From contig JACPHC010000001.1 of NCBI GenBank assembly GCA_016188775.1, positions 45,519 to 109,518 on the forward strand: a stretch of 64,000 nucleotides of DNA, read 5' to 3'. The stretch comes from Parcubacteria group bacterium. Lineage in GTDB: Bacteria > Patescibacteriota > Minisyncoccia > JACPHC01. The notes under the pieces are model-generated. The model was not told the DNA's origin and did not search any database. It worked only from the letters and a program-made list of their open reading frames with translations. Position 1 is the first letter of the stretch. Each line of letters opens with the position of its first letter. Below, piece by piece: positions 26,774 through 35,587 of this stretch. The position numbers and the translations under genes are program-made.

Positions 26774-27376
26774 TTACTCTTTTTCTCTAAAATTATCAAA
26801 AAGTTCTTTTAAGGTCGGCCATAATTGCGTTAAATTTTCTCTGCGGCGTTCTCGAATATTTTTTGTCAGCAATTTAATGGCTGATTTCGCGGCTTCAATA
26901 TCTTCTTTTTCGCTTTCGTCCGGATAAATCCAAAAATAAAAATAATTATAAACCTTGTAAAGCAATACTGCCAAAAAGGCAAAAATCGAATTAGTTAAAA
27001 GGTCAATCGTAGTATCGGCTGAATCTTTTTGAGCTATGGCCAGCCAGTTAAAATAACTGGGACGAAGATGAAGATCCCACCAAAGTTCAGCGCCTTCCCA
27101 AAACATTCCTAATAGAGTGATGATGGCTATGACAATCACGCCAAAAATTTTCTGACCGGCAAAAGTGAAAATTCCCGCGGCCGCGTAATTTCTGATAAGA
27201 TAAATTAAAGTTAATCCGCCGACGAAGCCAAAAATAGCGTGATTTATCTCGTCAAACCACCAAATTCGCGAAAATAATTCAGCCTCCCCCCAATATAAAA
27301 CGCTTCTCGCGAAAAAAACCAGCCAAAAAATAAAAATCAGCATCAGCCATAAACGTCGATTATTTTCTTGGGTCAT
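26774..27376 (-). CDS. hypothetical membrane protein (DUF2238/VanZ-like motifs)
   Basis: WWFDEINHAIFG, WEGAE, DTTIDLLTN; several TMs. Confidence 0.65.
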   Translation of the reverse strand: MTQENNRRLWLMLIFIFWLVFFARSVLYWGEAELFSRIWWFDEINHAIFGFVGGLTLIYLIRNYAAAGIFTFAGQKIFGVIVIAIITLLGMFWEGAELWWDLHLRPSYFNWLAIAQKDSADTTIDLLTNSIFAFLAVLLYKVYNYFYFWIYPDESEKEDIEAAKSAIKLLTKNIRERRRENLTQLWPTLKELFDNFREKE

Positions 27377-27643
27377 TTTTAACTCCTTTTCCCGCCTAAA
27401 TTTATCTTTACCCGCTAAAATTTTTTAAAATTTACGGCGGGTGAAAAATTTTGGCGAATGAATATTATTTATTAATTTCCAAAGTTCTAATTTATTTTAC
27501 TCCAGTCAATAAAAAAAACAAGTAAAATTGCAAAATTTATAAATTTGTTTTATAATAAAGAGTATTAAACTCTGTAATATAAGTAGAAGCTTGTTCTTTA
27601 AAAAAAGAATTTGTTTTGACTAAACGGAAGGAGGATATCCGTT

Positions 27644-28723
27644 ATGAAAATAGAAGATTTCGGAAAGATCGGCCTTGTTCTCGGCGGCGGCGGATTCAAG
27701 GGCGCTTGGATGGCCGGAATTCTAAAACTTTTTTTAGATAAAAGATTTATTCCGTCTTATGCCGTTGGCGGTTCGGTCGGCGCTCTGGTCGGGGTGAAAT
27801 TTGTCGAATTAATTTCTCGAATCGCTCAAGGAGAGCCAAATACAATTTCTTTGGAAATGATAGATATTTGGTTTAAATTGATTAAAAAACCGTCCGACAT
27901 CTATGAATTGGATAAAGAAGAAATTTTTAAAAAAACATTAAACCGAATATTCGGACATAAGAAAAAATACATTCTAAAACACTTTCCTTCTTTATTGGTC
28001 GTTGAATTTATAAAAGCCGCTTCTCTTTACACAAATAAAAAAATTGTGCATTTAATTAACAATTTGGATATGGAAAAGATTCGTTCCTCTCCTGTTGAGT
28101 TTGATATTGTCGCTTGCGACTTTTTAAGCCGAGGACCGAAAACTTATTCTAATCGGTCTTGCGACGCTCAAATTTTAAAACAAGCCCTGCTGGCTTCAAC
28201 GGCCTTACCGGTTATTTTTCCCACTGTTGAAATTTTCGGTTCCAAAAATAACGACGGCGCCAGAATTATGCCCCTGCCTCTTGTTTACGCCGATAGAACA
28301 AAATGCGATACGATTGTAGCCATACACGCCTATCCCAAATCGCGTCAATGCCCGGACAATCAGGATGGCTGGCTAGCTGATTTAAATACGGCGGATGACA
28401 TTCTTTCCAGCATGCTTATTGAAAGTCAAATTCGCCGGACCGAAAAAATCAACAATGACCTGGCTGTTTTTGAACGCGTAAAAACGCAAATACTTGAATT
28501 AATACCGGAATTATTGAGAATAGAAGCGGAAAAAATCTTTGAAGAAGCAAATTTCAGTTTTAGAAGAAAGCATTTCAATAAATCTTATATTCTTCAGCCG
28601 GAAAATTCACTTCCGGTCACCACGGCTTTTTGCTCGGAAGAAGGCATTAAAAAATCAATCGCTTTGGGCTATGACACGGATGCTCCCAGATTCTTGCGAG
28701 AAATAATTAATTTTGAGATTTAA
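27644..28723 (+). CDS. patatin-like phospholipase
   Basis: LVLGGGGFKG, GGSVG nucleophile elbow, ASTALP, DGA; SD ggagg upstream. Confidence 0.88.
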   Translation: MKIEDFGKIGLVLGGGGFKGAWMAGILKLFLDKRFIPSYAVGGSVGALVGVKFVELISRIAQGEPNTISLEMIDIWFKLIKKPSDIYELDKEEIFKKTLNRIFGHKKKYILKHFPSLLVVEFIKAASLYTNKKIVHLINNLDMEKIRSSPVEFDIVACDFLSRGPKTYSNRSCDAQILKQALLASTALPVIFPTVEIFGSKNNDGARIMPLPLVYADRTKCDTIVAIHAYPKSRQCPDNQDGWLADLNTADDILSSMLIESQIRRTEKINNDLAVFERVKTQILELIPELLRIEAEKIFEEANFSFRRKHFNKSYILQPENSLPVTTAFCSEEGIKKSIALGYDTDAPRFLREIINFEI

Positions 28724-28729
28724 GTTTAT

Positions 28730-28753
28730 ATCCCCTCTTTGAGGGGATTTTTT
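28730..28753 (+). terminator. intrinsic terminator
   Basis: atcccctc ttt gaggggat followed by a T run. Confidence 0.7.
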
Positions 28754-28785
28754 CTTTAATCCGCCTTATGCTATAATGAATTTTA

Positions 28786-29697
28786 ATGAAAATTATTCAA
28801 GAAGGAAAAATCACCTGGATAGATATTGAAAATCCAAAACCGGAGGATATTAATTATCTCCGAAGCAATTTTTCTTTCCATCAAATCGTTCTGGACGAAT
28901 TGATTCCGTCTTCGGCCAGATCAAAAATCGAACATTATGACAGTTATATGTTCGCGGTTATTCACTTGCCGATCTTTAGCGAAAAAAAACAAGCGATTCG
29001 GGCCGTTGAGCTTGACGTGCTTTTAACCAAAACTCATGTCATCACGGTTCATCAAGAAACGATTCATCCCCTTAATGATTTTATAAGCCATTGCGAAGGA
29101 TCAACGCGCGAAAAAATCCGCTGTTTCGGCGGCACCGGTATTTTATTTTACTGGATGCTTGAAGCGATGTTTAAATATTATTTAAAAGAACTTCACATTA
29201 TTGCCGGAAAAATAGACGGCCTGGAAAATAAAATTTTCGCTTCAGTGGCGAAATCCATGCTGGAAGAGATTTCTTTTGCCAAACGGGAAATTTTGGATTT
29301 TCGGCGCGTTATCAAACCCCAACATTCAATTTTAATTTCGTTGGTCGGCAAAGGGTCAAGATTTTTCGGTGAAGAACTGCGGATTTATTTTGACGATTTA
29401 GTCGGCGATTTCACTCGCGTCTGGGATATTTTGGAAAACTACAAAGAAACCATTGACGCGCTGGAAGAAAGCCATTCGTCCCTACTTTCTTTTCAATTAA
29501 ACAAAACTATGCAAGTTCTGACAATTTTTACCGCCCTATTTATACCCATTTCAGTCATCGCCGGAATTTTTTCAATGAGCATGGTCAGCAGCATCCCTTT
29601 TTTCAACAGCCCGAAGGTTTTTCTCAGCGTTATCGTCGTAATGATTGCTTCATCTATCGGACTTTTCGCGATTTTCAAAAAAAGAGGCTGGATATAA
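28786..29697 (+). CDS. corA: CorA family Mg2+/Co2+ transporter
   Basis: WIDIENP, YFDDLV, MQVLTIFT..IP, GIFSMS (GMN variant), two C-terminal TMs, KKRGWI. Confidence 0.87.
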   Translation: MKIIQEGKITWIDIENPKPEDINYLRSNFSFHQIVLDELIPSSARSKIEHYDSYMFAVIHLPIFSEKKQAIRAVELDVLLTKTHVITVHQETIHPLNDFISHCEGSTREKIRCFGGTGILFYWMLEAMFKYYLKELHIIAGKIDGLENKIFASVAKSMLEEISFAKREILDFRRVIKPQHSILISLVGKGSRFFGEELRIYFDDLVGDFTRVWDILENYKETIDALEESHSSLLSFQLNKTMQVLTIFTALFIPISVIAGIFSMSMVSSIPFFNSPKVFLSVIVVMIASSIGLFAIFKKRGWI

Positions 29698-29703
29698 TCA
29701 TCA

Positions 29704-31125
29704 ATGCTTAAAATTTACAACACTTTAACGCGAAAAAAGGAAATTTTCCGATTTTCAAAAAATAAAACCATAAAAATGTACGTTTGCGGGCCGACGGTTT
29801 ATGATTTTTCGCACATCGGCCACGGCCGCACCTATATCGCTTTTGACGTAATCGCCCGTTATTTGAGATATTCGGGATATAAAGTTTTTTATCTTCAAAA
29901 CATTACGGATATTGACGATAAAATCATCAATCGCGCCAATGAAGAAAAAATTGATCCTAAAATTTTAGCCAAGCGATTTGAAAAAGAATATTTAAAAGAC
30001 ACGAAAACGCTTGGCATTAAGAGCGTTAATAAATACTCGGGAGCCACGCAAAATATCAGAGAAATTATTTCCCAGATTCAAAGATTGATTAAAAAAAACT
30101 ACGCTTATGAAAAAAATGGCAATGTTTATTTTGACATTACAAAATTCAAAGATTACGGCCAATTATCCCATCAAAGTTTAAACCAACTAAAAAAGGCCGT
30201 CAGAATCGAACCGGACGCGTCCAAAGCTCATTCTTTTGATTTTTTGCTTTGGAAGGCAAAAAAGAGCGGGGAACCGTTTTGGCCTTCTCCTTGGGGCCCG
30301 GGACGGCCCGGCTGGCACATTGAAGACACGGCCATTGCCGAGCGTTATTTAGGTCTGCAATACGATATTCATTGCGGAGCGCTGGATTTGATTTTTCCCC
30401 ATCATGAGTCCGAAATCGCCCAAGCCGAGGCTATTTCCGGCAAAAAGCCGTTTGTCCGTTTTTGGCTTCATACCGGCTTTTTACTTGTTAACGGAGAAAA
30501 AATGTCCAAATCATCGGGTAATTTTATCACCATTCGCGAGATTTTAAAAAATTATTCGCCTCAAGCTTTCCGTTTTCTGATTTTATCCCATCACTACCGC
30601 TCCCCCATTGACTACCAAGAATCTTTAATGAAACAAGCGGAATCTTCTTTGGAAAGAGTGAGTGAATTTTTGGAAAAAATTAAAAAAACAAAAAACAAAA
30701 AACAAAAAACACGGGCGCGAATCGAGGCTTTGTTGATTAAAACAAGAAAAAAATTTTTTCAGGCGATGGATGACGATTTTAACGCGCCCCGAGCCATAGC
30801 CGAGATTTTTAATTTAATAAAAACCATAAATCCGATGGCGGGTAATTTAGAAAAAAAAGAAGCAAAAATTATCCTTGATTTTTTTAAAGAGACTGATAGT
30901 GTTTTAGGGGTAATGCCTTTAAGAAAAACTGGTCAAATCCCCGATATGGTTTTAAAATTGGCAAAAGAGAGAGAAAAGCTGCGGAAAGAGGGAAAATTTG
31001 AAAAGGCGGATAAAATAAGACAAAAAATTTTTGAACAGGGGTACGAAATTGAAGATACGCCGAAAGGCCCTCAAATTAAATTTAAAAAAATCTATGGACG
31101 AACGCGTTCCCCCACAAGACATTGA
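29704..31125 (+). CDS. cysS: cysteine--tRNA ligase
   Basis: YVCGPTVY, HIGH, GRPGWHIE, FPHHESE, KMSKS. Confidence 0.97.
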   Translation: MLKIYNTLTRKKEIFRFSKNKTIKMYVCGPTVYDFSHIGHGRTYIAFDVIARYLRYSGYKVFYLQNITDIDDKIINRANEEKIDPKILAKRFEKEYLKDTKTLGIKSVNKYSGATQNIREIISQIQRLIKKNYAYEKNGNVYFDITKFKDYGQLSHQSLNQLKKAVRIEPDASKAHSFDFLLWKAKKSGEPFWPSPWGPGRPGWHIEDTAIAERYLGLQYDIHCGALDLIFPHHESEIAQAEAISGKKPFVRFWLHTGFLLVNGEKMSKSSGNFITIREILKNYSPQAFRFLILSHHYRSPIDYQESLMKQAESSLERVSEFLEKIKKTKNKKQKTRARIEALLIKTRKKFFQAMDDDFNAPRAIAEIFNLIKTINPMAGNLEKKEAKIILDFFKETDSVLGVMPLRKTGQIPDMVLKLAKEREKLRKEGKFEKADKIRQKIFEQGYEIEDTPKGPQIKFKKIYGRTRSPTRH

Positions 31126-32440
31126 GGCCGAACAATCGGTTCTCGGCTCGCTGATAATGGATAAAAAAGCAATCGCTAAAATTGCCGATTTTTTGATAGG
31201 CGGCGATTTTTACAAAAAAAATCACGCTTTAATTTTCGAGGCGATAACGGAACTTTTCAGCAAAGACGAGCCGATCGATCTTCTTTCTTTATCCAGCCGG
31301 CTCAAGGAAAAAAATCAGCTTGAAGAAATCGGAGGCCGGGCTTATTTAACTTCTTTAGTTAACATCGTTCCAACCGCCTCGCACGTGGTTCATTACGCTA
31401 AAATTGTTTCCCGAAAACGCGTTCTTCGCGATTTAATCAGCGCGTCGCAGGAAATTTCTCAATTGGGTTTTGATGAAAATACCGAGGTTGATTCCCTGCT
31501 TGATCACGCCGAGGAAAAAATTTTTAAAGTTTCCCAAAGATCTCTTTCGCAAGAATTTTTGCCGGTCTCCAGCGCTTTGGCCGAAGCTTTTTCCAGAATC
31601 GACAATCTTTCTAAAGGCGACGGAATTTTGCGCGGCATTCCCACGGGCTTTGACGAATTGGATAATATTTTAGCCGGACTTCAGGCTTCGGATTTAGTCG
31701 TTCTGGCGGCTCGACCATCTCTGGGAAAAACCGCTTTAGCTTTAAGCATCGCTCGGCACGCGGCTTGCCAAAAAAAAATACCGGTTGGCATTTTTTCCCT
31801 GGAAATGTCCAGAGAGCAAGTCGTGGATCGGCTACTGGCGGCTGAAGCCGGCATTGATCTCTGGCGACTTCGCACCGGCCGGCTGCATAGCGAAGGAGAG
31901 GATAATGATTTTGATCGTTTAAGAAACGCGATGCAAACTTTGCATGAGGCGCCGATTTTCATTGACGATACCGCCGTCCTGACCGTGATGCAGATGAAAA
32001 CAATGGCCAGGCGGCTTCAGTCAAAACACGGACTAGGATTTTTGGTGATTGATTATCTGCAATTGATGCAGCCAAGGATAGCCACGGACAATATTGTCCA
32101 AAATATCACTGAAATTTCAAGGTCGCTCAAGGCTTTGGCCAGGGAATTAAAAATTCCCGTGCTGGCCATTTCCCAGCTTTCCCGGGCCGTTGAGCAACGC
32201 CACCCTCCGATTCCGAGGCTTTCCGATCTTCGGGAATCCGGCTCCATAGAACAAGACGCCGATGTCGTAATGTTTATTTATCGCGAAGACCGATATAAAG
32301 AAAACACCAATAGAAAGAATATCGCCGAGATCCGAATCGAAAAACACCGCAACGGACCGGTTGGCAAAGTCGAACTTTATTTTAATGAAACTTTGGCCAC
32401 CTTCGCTAATCTGGAAAAAAGATTTTCCGATGTATCTTAA
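31094..32440 (+). CDS. dnaB: replicative DNA helicase (start moved to ATG 31094)
   Basis: PPQDIEAEQSVLG, AARPSLGKT, IDYLQLM, LSDLRESGSIEQDAD, KHRNGP. Confidence 0.97.
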   Translation: MDERVPPQDIEAEQSVLGSLIMDKKAIAKIADFLIGGDFYKKNHALIFEAITELFSKDEPIDLLSLSSRLKEKNQLEEIGGRAYLTSLVNIVPTASHVVHYAKIVSRKRVLRDLISASQEISQLGFDENTEVDSLLDHAEEKIFKVSQRSLSQEFLPVSSALAEAFSRIDNLSKGDGILRGIPTGFDELDNILAGLQASDLVVLAARPSLGKTALALSIARHAACQKKIPVGIFSLEMSREQVVDRLLAAEAGIDLWRLRTGRLHSEGEDNDFDRLRNAMQTLHEAPIFIDDTAVLTVMQMKTMARRLQSKHGLGFLVIDYLQLMQPRIATDNIVQNITEISRSLKALARELKIPVLAISQLSRAVEQRHPPIPRLSDLRESGSIEQDADVVMFIYREDRYKENTNRKNIAEIRIEKHRNGPVGKVELYFNETLATFANLEKRFSDVS

Positions 32441-32475
32441 TTTTGTAAGAATTCCGAGCGTTGTTTGCGCTTTTA

Positions 32476-32629
32476 ATCCAACAGAAAAGATGTTTTCGAA
32501 AAACGCGGTCTCGCTCGCCCAGCCGCTCGCTCGCCGCTTCGGCTCTCAGCCTCGCTCTTTCTCGCTTCGCGAGAAAACCATGCTCGCTCGGCCTCCGAGA
32601 TATTTTCTTCAACATCTTTTCTGCTGGAT
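32476..32629. repeat. intergenic inverted-repeat element with a GC-rich core
   Basis: atccaacagaaaagatgtt (32476-32494) versus aacatcttttctgctggat (32611-32629); internal ctcgct repeats. Confidence 0.75.
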
Positions 32630-32659
32630 ATATTTTAATAATCAGTGATCGACTAAACA

Positions 32660-33274
32660 ATGTATCCTAAATCAATTCAAAATTTAATAGAGGAATTTTC
32701 AAAATTTCCGGGAATTGGGCCGAGGCAAGCGGCCCGTTTCGTGTTTCATCTTTTAAAAAACGATTCTTCAAATACCGATAATTTAATTCAGTCCCTTAAA
32801 AATCTCCATCAAAATGTTATCACCTGCCAGTTGTGTTTTCGCGCCGCCGAAGCCGATCAAAAAAATAAACATATTTGCTCCATTTGTTCCTCGGAAAGTC
32901 GGGATCCGCGCTTTATCGCCGTGGTGGAAAAAGACGCCGATCTCGTCTCCCTTGAAAAAGCGAAAAATTATTCCGGCCTTTATCATGTTTTAGGCGGAAC
33001 GGTTTCCATGTTGGAACCCGAAGCTCCTCAAAAATTTCATTTGAAAGAACTTTTTTTGAGAATTAAAAATTCGCCAAGCAATCGGGCGATTAAAGAAATT
33101 ATTTTAGCTTTATCGCCAACGCCGCAGGGAGAATTATCCGCCCAATACATTGAACGGGTTTTAAGGCCCTTGAACGTTAAAATCAGCCGTTTGGGCCGAG
33201 GCCTGCCAACCGGCGCGGATCTCGAATACGCGGATGAAGCCACCTTAAAAAGCGCTTGGGAGGGAAGAAAATAA
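32660..33274 (+). CDS. recR: recombination mediator RecR
   Basis: FPGIGPRQAARF, CQLC...CSIC zinc finger, YHVLGG, RLGRGLPTG.DLEYAD..TL. Confidence 0.95.
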   Translation: MYPKSIQNLIEEFSKFPGIGPRQAARFVFHLLKNDSSNTDNLIQSLKNLHQNVITCQLCFRAAEADQKNKHICSICSSESRDPRFIAVVEKDADLVSLEKAKNYSGLYHVLGGTVSMLEPEAPQKFHLKELFLRIKNSPSNRAIKEIILALSPTPQGELSAQYIERVLRPLNVKISRLGRGLPTGADLEYADEATLKSAWEGRK

Positions 33275-33330
33275 TTTTTAGAATTTTTTAAAGTCTTTGA
33301 ATTAAAAATTTTGTATTTCAAGTTTATATT

Positions 33331-33378
33331 CATAATTTACATATTTTCAAACGATCGTTTGAAAATATGTAAATTATG
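33331..33378. repeat. perfect 48-bp palindrome (left flank of the PaaX-like gene)
   Basis: cataatttacatattttcaaacga|tcgtttgaaaatatgtaaattatg. Confidence 0.95.
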
Positions 33379-33438
33379 TAAATTATGAATTATTATGAAT
33401 TAAATTGAAAAATTTAAATATGGATTTTCAATTAGAAC

Positions 33439-34017
33439 ATGAATTATTTAATTAGGACCAAAAGTCAATTACATGTTGGGCCGTTTGGTAAAAAAATTTT
33501 ACTTCTTTTAGGAAGCGGGCTGACGCTATCTTTAACTTCCAGACCCGACATCTATTTTAAAATTATTAAAGAAACGGCGAAAGAATGGAAAAAAATTAAT
33601 CAGCGGAATTTAAAAGAAGCCATAAAAAGACTTTATCAATCAAAACTTCTTGATTACAAAAACAACAAAGATGGAACCGTTAAACTTATTTTAAACGATA
33701 ATGGCAAAAAAAGAGTTTTAGAATATAATCTCGACCAATTAAAAATTAAAAAACCCTTAAAATGGGATAATCTTTGGCGATTAGTAATTTTTGATATACC
33801 AGAATCTAAAAAACGAGGCAGAAACGCTCTTGCTTTAAAATTAAAAGAATTAGGTTTTTATCCTTTGCAAAAAAGCGTTTTTATTTATCCTTATGAATGT
33901 AGGGATGAAATCAATTTTATTGTTGAAATTTTTGACCTCGCGCCTTACGTAAGATTTTTAAGAGTTAAAAATATTGATATTGAATTAGATTTAAAAAGAT
34001 ATTTTGGTTTGATTTAA
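33439..34017 (+). CDS. PaaX-like protein: winged helix plus Cas2-like (PaaX middle) domain
   Basis: wHTH-like AIKRLYQSKLL...LILNDNGK; WDNLWRLVIFDIPESKKRGRNAL...LKELGFYPLQKSVF. Confidence 0.82.
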   Translation: MNYLIRTKSQLHVGPFGKKILLLLGSGLTLSLTSRPDIYFKIIKETAKEWKKINQRNLKEAIKRLYQSKLLDYKNNKDGTVKLILNDNGKKRVLEYNLDQLKIKKPLKWDNLWRLVIFDIPESKKRGRNALALKLKELGFYPLQKSVFIYPYECRDEINFIVEIFDLAPYVRFLRVKNIDIELDLKRYFGLI

Positions 34018-34106
34018 TATATTATTTTCAATAAATTAGTTTTAACATTTTTAATAATCATTTTTAATAATTATCTTTAATAATCATCAGAAAAATCTTA
34101 AAATTA

Positions 34107-34150
34107 ATTTTTACATATTTTCAAACGATCGTTTGAAAATATGTAAAAAT
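34107..34150. repeat. perfect 44-bp palindrome (right flank); 38-bp core identical to the left copy
   Basis: atttttacatattttcaaacga|tcgtttgaaaatatgtaaaaat. Confidence 0.95.
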
Positions 34151-34224
34151 AATTTGCATAATTTACCATTTTTTTTATTAATTGATATAATATAAAAAAA
34201 ATATAAAATTATAAATAAATTGAA

Positions 34225-35481
34225 ATGCCAAAACTAATTTTTCCTGAAAATTTTTATTGGGGAGCCGCGACTTCAGCTCATCAGGTTGAGGGCGGAAATA
34301 AAAACGATTGGACCGAATGGGAATTCAAAAACGCCCAACGTCTGGCCAAATCCGCCCATAAAAAAAATTGGCCGGATTATATTGCCAATCCTACAAACGG
34401 CGAATTTAATCCTCTTCAAAAAGAAAATTACGTTTCCGGCTGGGCGGTTGATCACTATAACAGATTTGAAGAAGATTTTGAGATCGCCAAAAATTTAGGC
34501 CATAACGCTCATCGTTTTTCCATTGAATGGAGCCGAATTGAGCCGGAACAAGGAAAATTTAATGAAAAGGAAATTGAACATTACCGAAAAGTCATTGAAG
34601 CTCTAAAAAATCGCGGGCTTGAGCCGTTTGTCACATTGTGGCACTGGACTAATCCTTTATGGCTTTCTGAAATCGGCGGCCCAAAAAATAAAAAATTCGC
34701 TTTTTACTTTGCCCGATACGCCCAAGTGATAGTTAAAAATTTTGGCGATTTAGTTGGTTTTTGGCTAACGATTAATGAGCCGACTTCCGTTATTGCCAAT
34801 AGTTATTTTCGGGGCGTTTGGCCGCCCCAAGAAAAAAGTTTTTTATCGGTCTGGTCCGTTTATAAAAATCTGGCCGAAGCTCATAACCGAACTTACGAGA
34901 CAATTCATAAAATAAATAAAGAAGCGAAAGTCGGGTTTGCCAATATTTTGCATTTTAACGAACCTTATAATGCAAAATCTTTTTTAGATCTGATTTTTTC
35001 GAAAATTTTCCATTATTTCAGCAATCAAAAATTTTATAATTTAACTGGAGGCAAAAATGATTTTTTAGCCGTTAATTATTATTTTCACAACAAAATCAAA
35101 TTTCCTTTTTATATTAAAAATGAAAATAAAATTGTATCGGATTTGGGCTGGGAAATTTATCCGGAAGGAATTTATCATATTTTAAAAAATTTAGCTCAAT
35201 ATAAACTTCCCATTTACGTTACGGAAAATGGCGTAGCGGACAGCCAAGATTTTTTACGGGAAAATTTTATTAAAGAACATCTGCGATATGTTCACAAAGC
35301 CATCAGTGAAGGAGTTGACGTTCGAGGTTATTTTTATTGGTCGCTTTTGGATAATTTTGAATGGGATAAAGGATTTTGGCCGAGATTCGGCTTGGTGGAA
35401 ATAAATTATAAAACAATGGAAAGAAAAATTCGCCAAAGCGCGGAATTTTACGCTCAGGTCGCGAAAAATAATTATTTGTAA
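34225..35481 (+). CDS. glycoside hydrolase family 1 (beta-glucosidase-like)
   Basis: FYWGAATSAHQVEG, RFSIEWSRI, TINEP (acid/base), VTENG (nucleophile), WSLLDNFEW. Confidence 0.95.
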   Translation: MPKLIFPENFYWGAATSAHQVEGGNKNDWTEWEFKNAQRLAKSAHKKNWPDYIANPTNGEFNPLQKENYVSGWAVDHYNRFEEDFEIAKNLGHNAHRFSIEWSRIEPEQGKFNEKEIEHYRKVIEALKNRGLEPFVTLWHWTNPLWLSEIGGPKNKKFAFYFARYAQVIVKNFGDLVGFWLTINEPTSVIANSYFRGVWPPQEKSFLSVWSVYKNLAEAHNRTYETIHKINKEAKVGFANILHFNEPYNAKSFLDLIFSKIFHYFSNQKFYNLTGGKNDFLAVNYYFHNKIKFPFYIKNENKIVSDLGWEIYPEGIYHILKNLAQYKLPIYVTENGVADSQDFLRENFIKEHLRYVHKAISEGVDVRGYFYWSLLDNFEWDKGFWPRFGLVEINYKTMERKIRQSAEFYAQVAKNNYL

Positions 35482-35502
35482 ATTATTTAAATATTTAAAT
35501 AA

Positions 35503-35578
35503 ACAAGAAGCTAATCTATATTTTGACGGAATCCTTATGCGAAGCAGTGAGGTGGCAAAATATAGATTAGCTTCTTGT
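35503..35578. repeat. inverted repeat with 23-bp perfect arms
   Basis: acaagaagctaatctatattttg (35503-35525) and caaaatatagattagcttcttgt (35556-35578). Confidence 0.88.
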
Positions 35579-35587
35579 AAAAAATAA

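Noticed and set aside
32361-32670. Short ORFs between dnaB and recR
   Set aside because: They span an inverted-repeat element and give low-complexity peptides; better explained as non-coding repeat DNA.
33331-34150. CRISPR array with cas2
   Set aside because: Only two repeat copies about 770 bp apart enclosing a gene; no spacer-sized units and no cas1 or other cas genes in the window.
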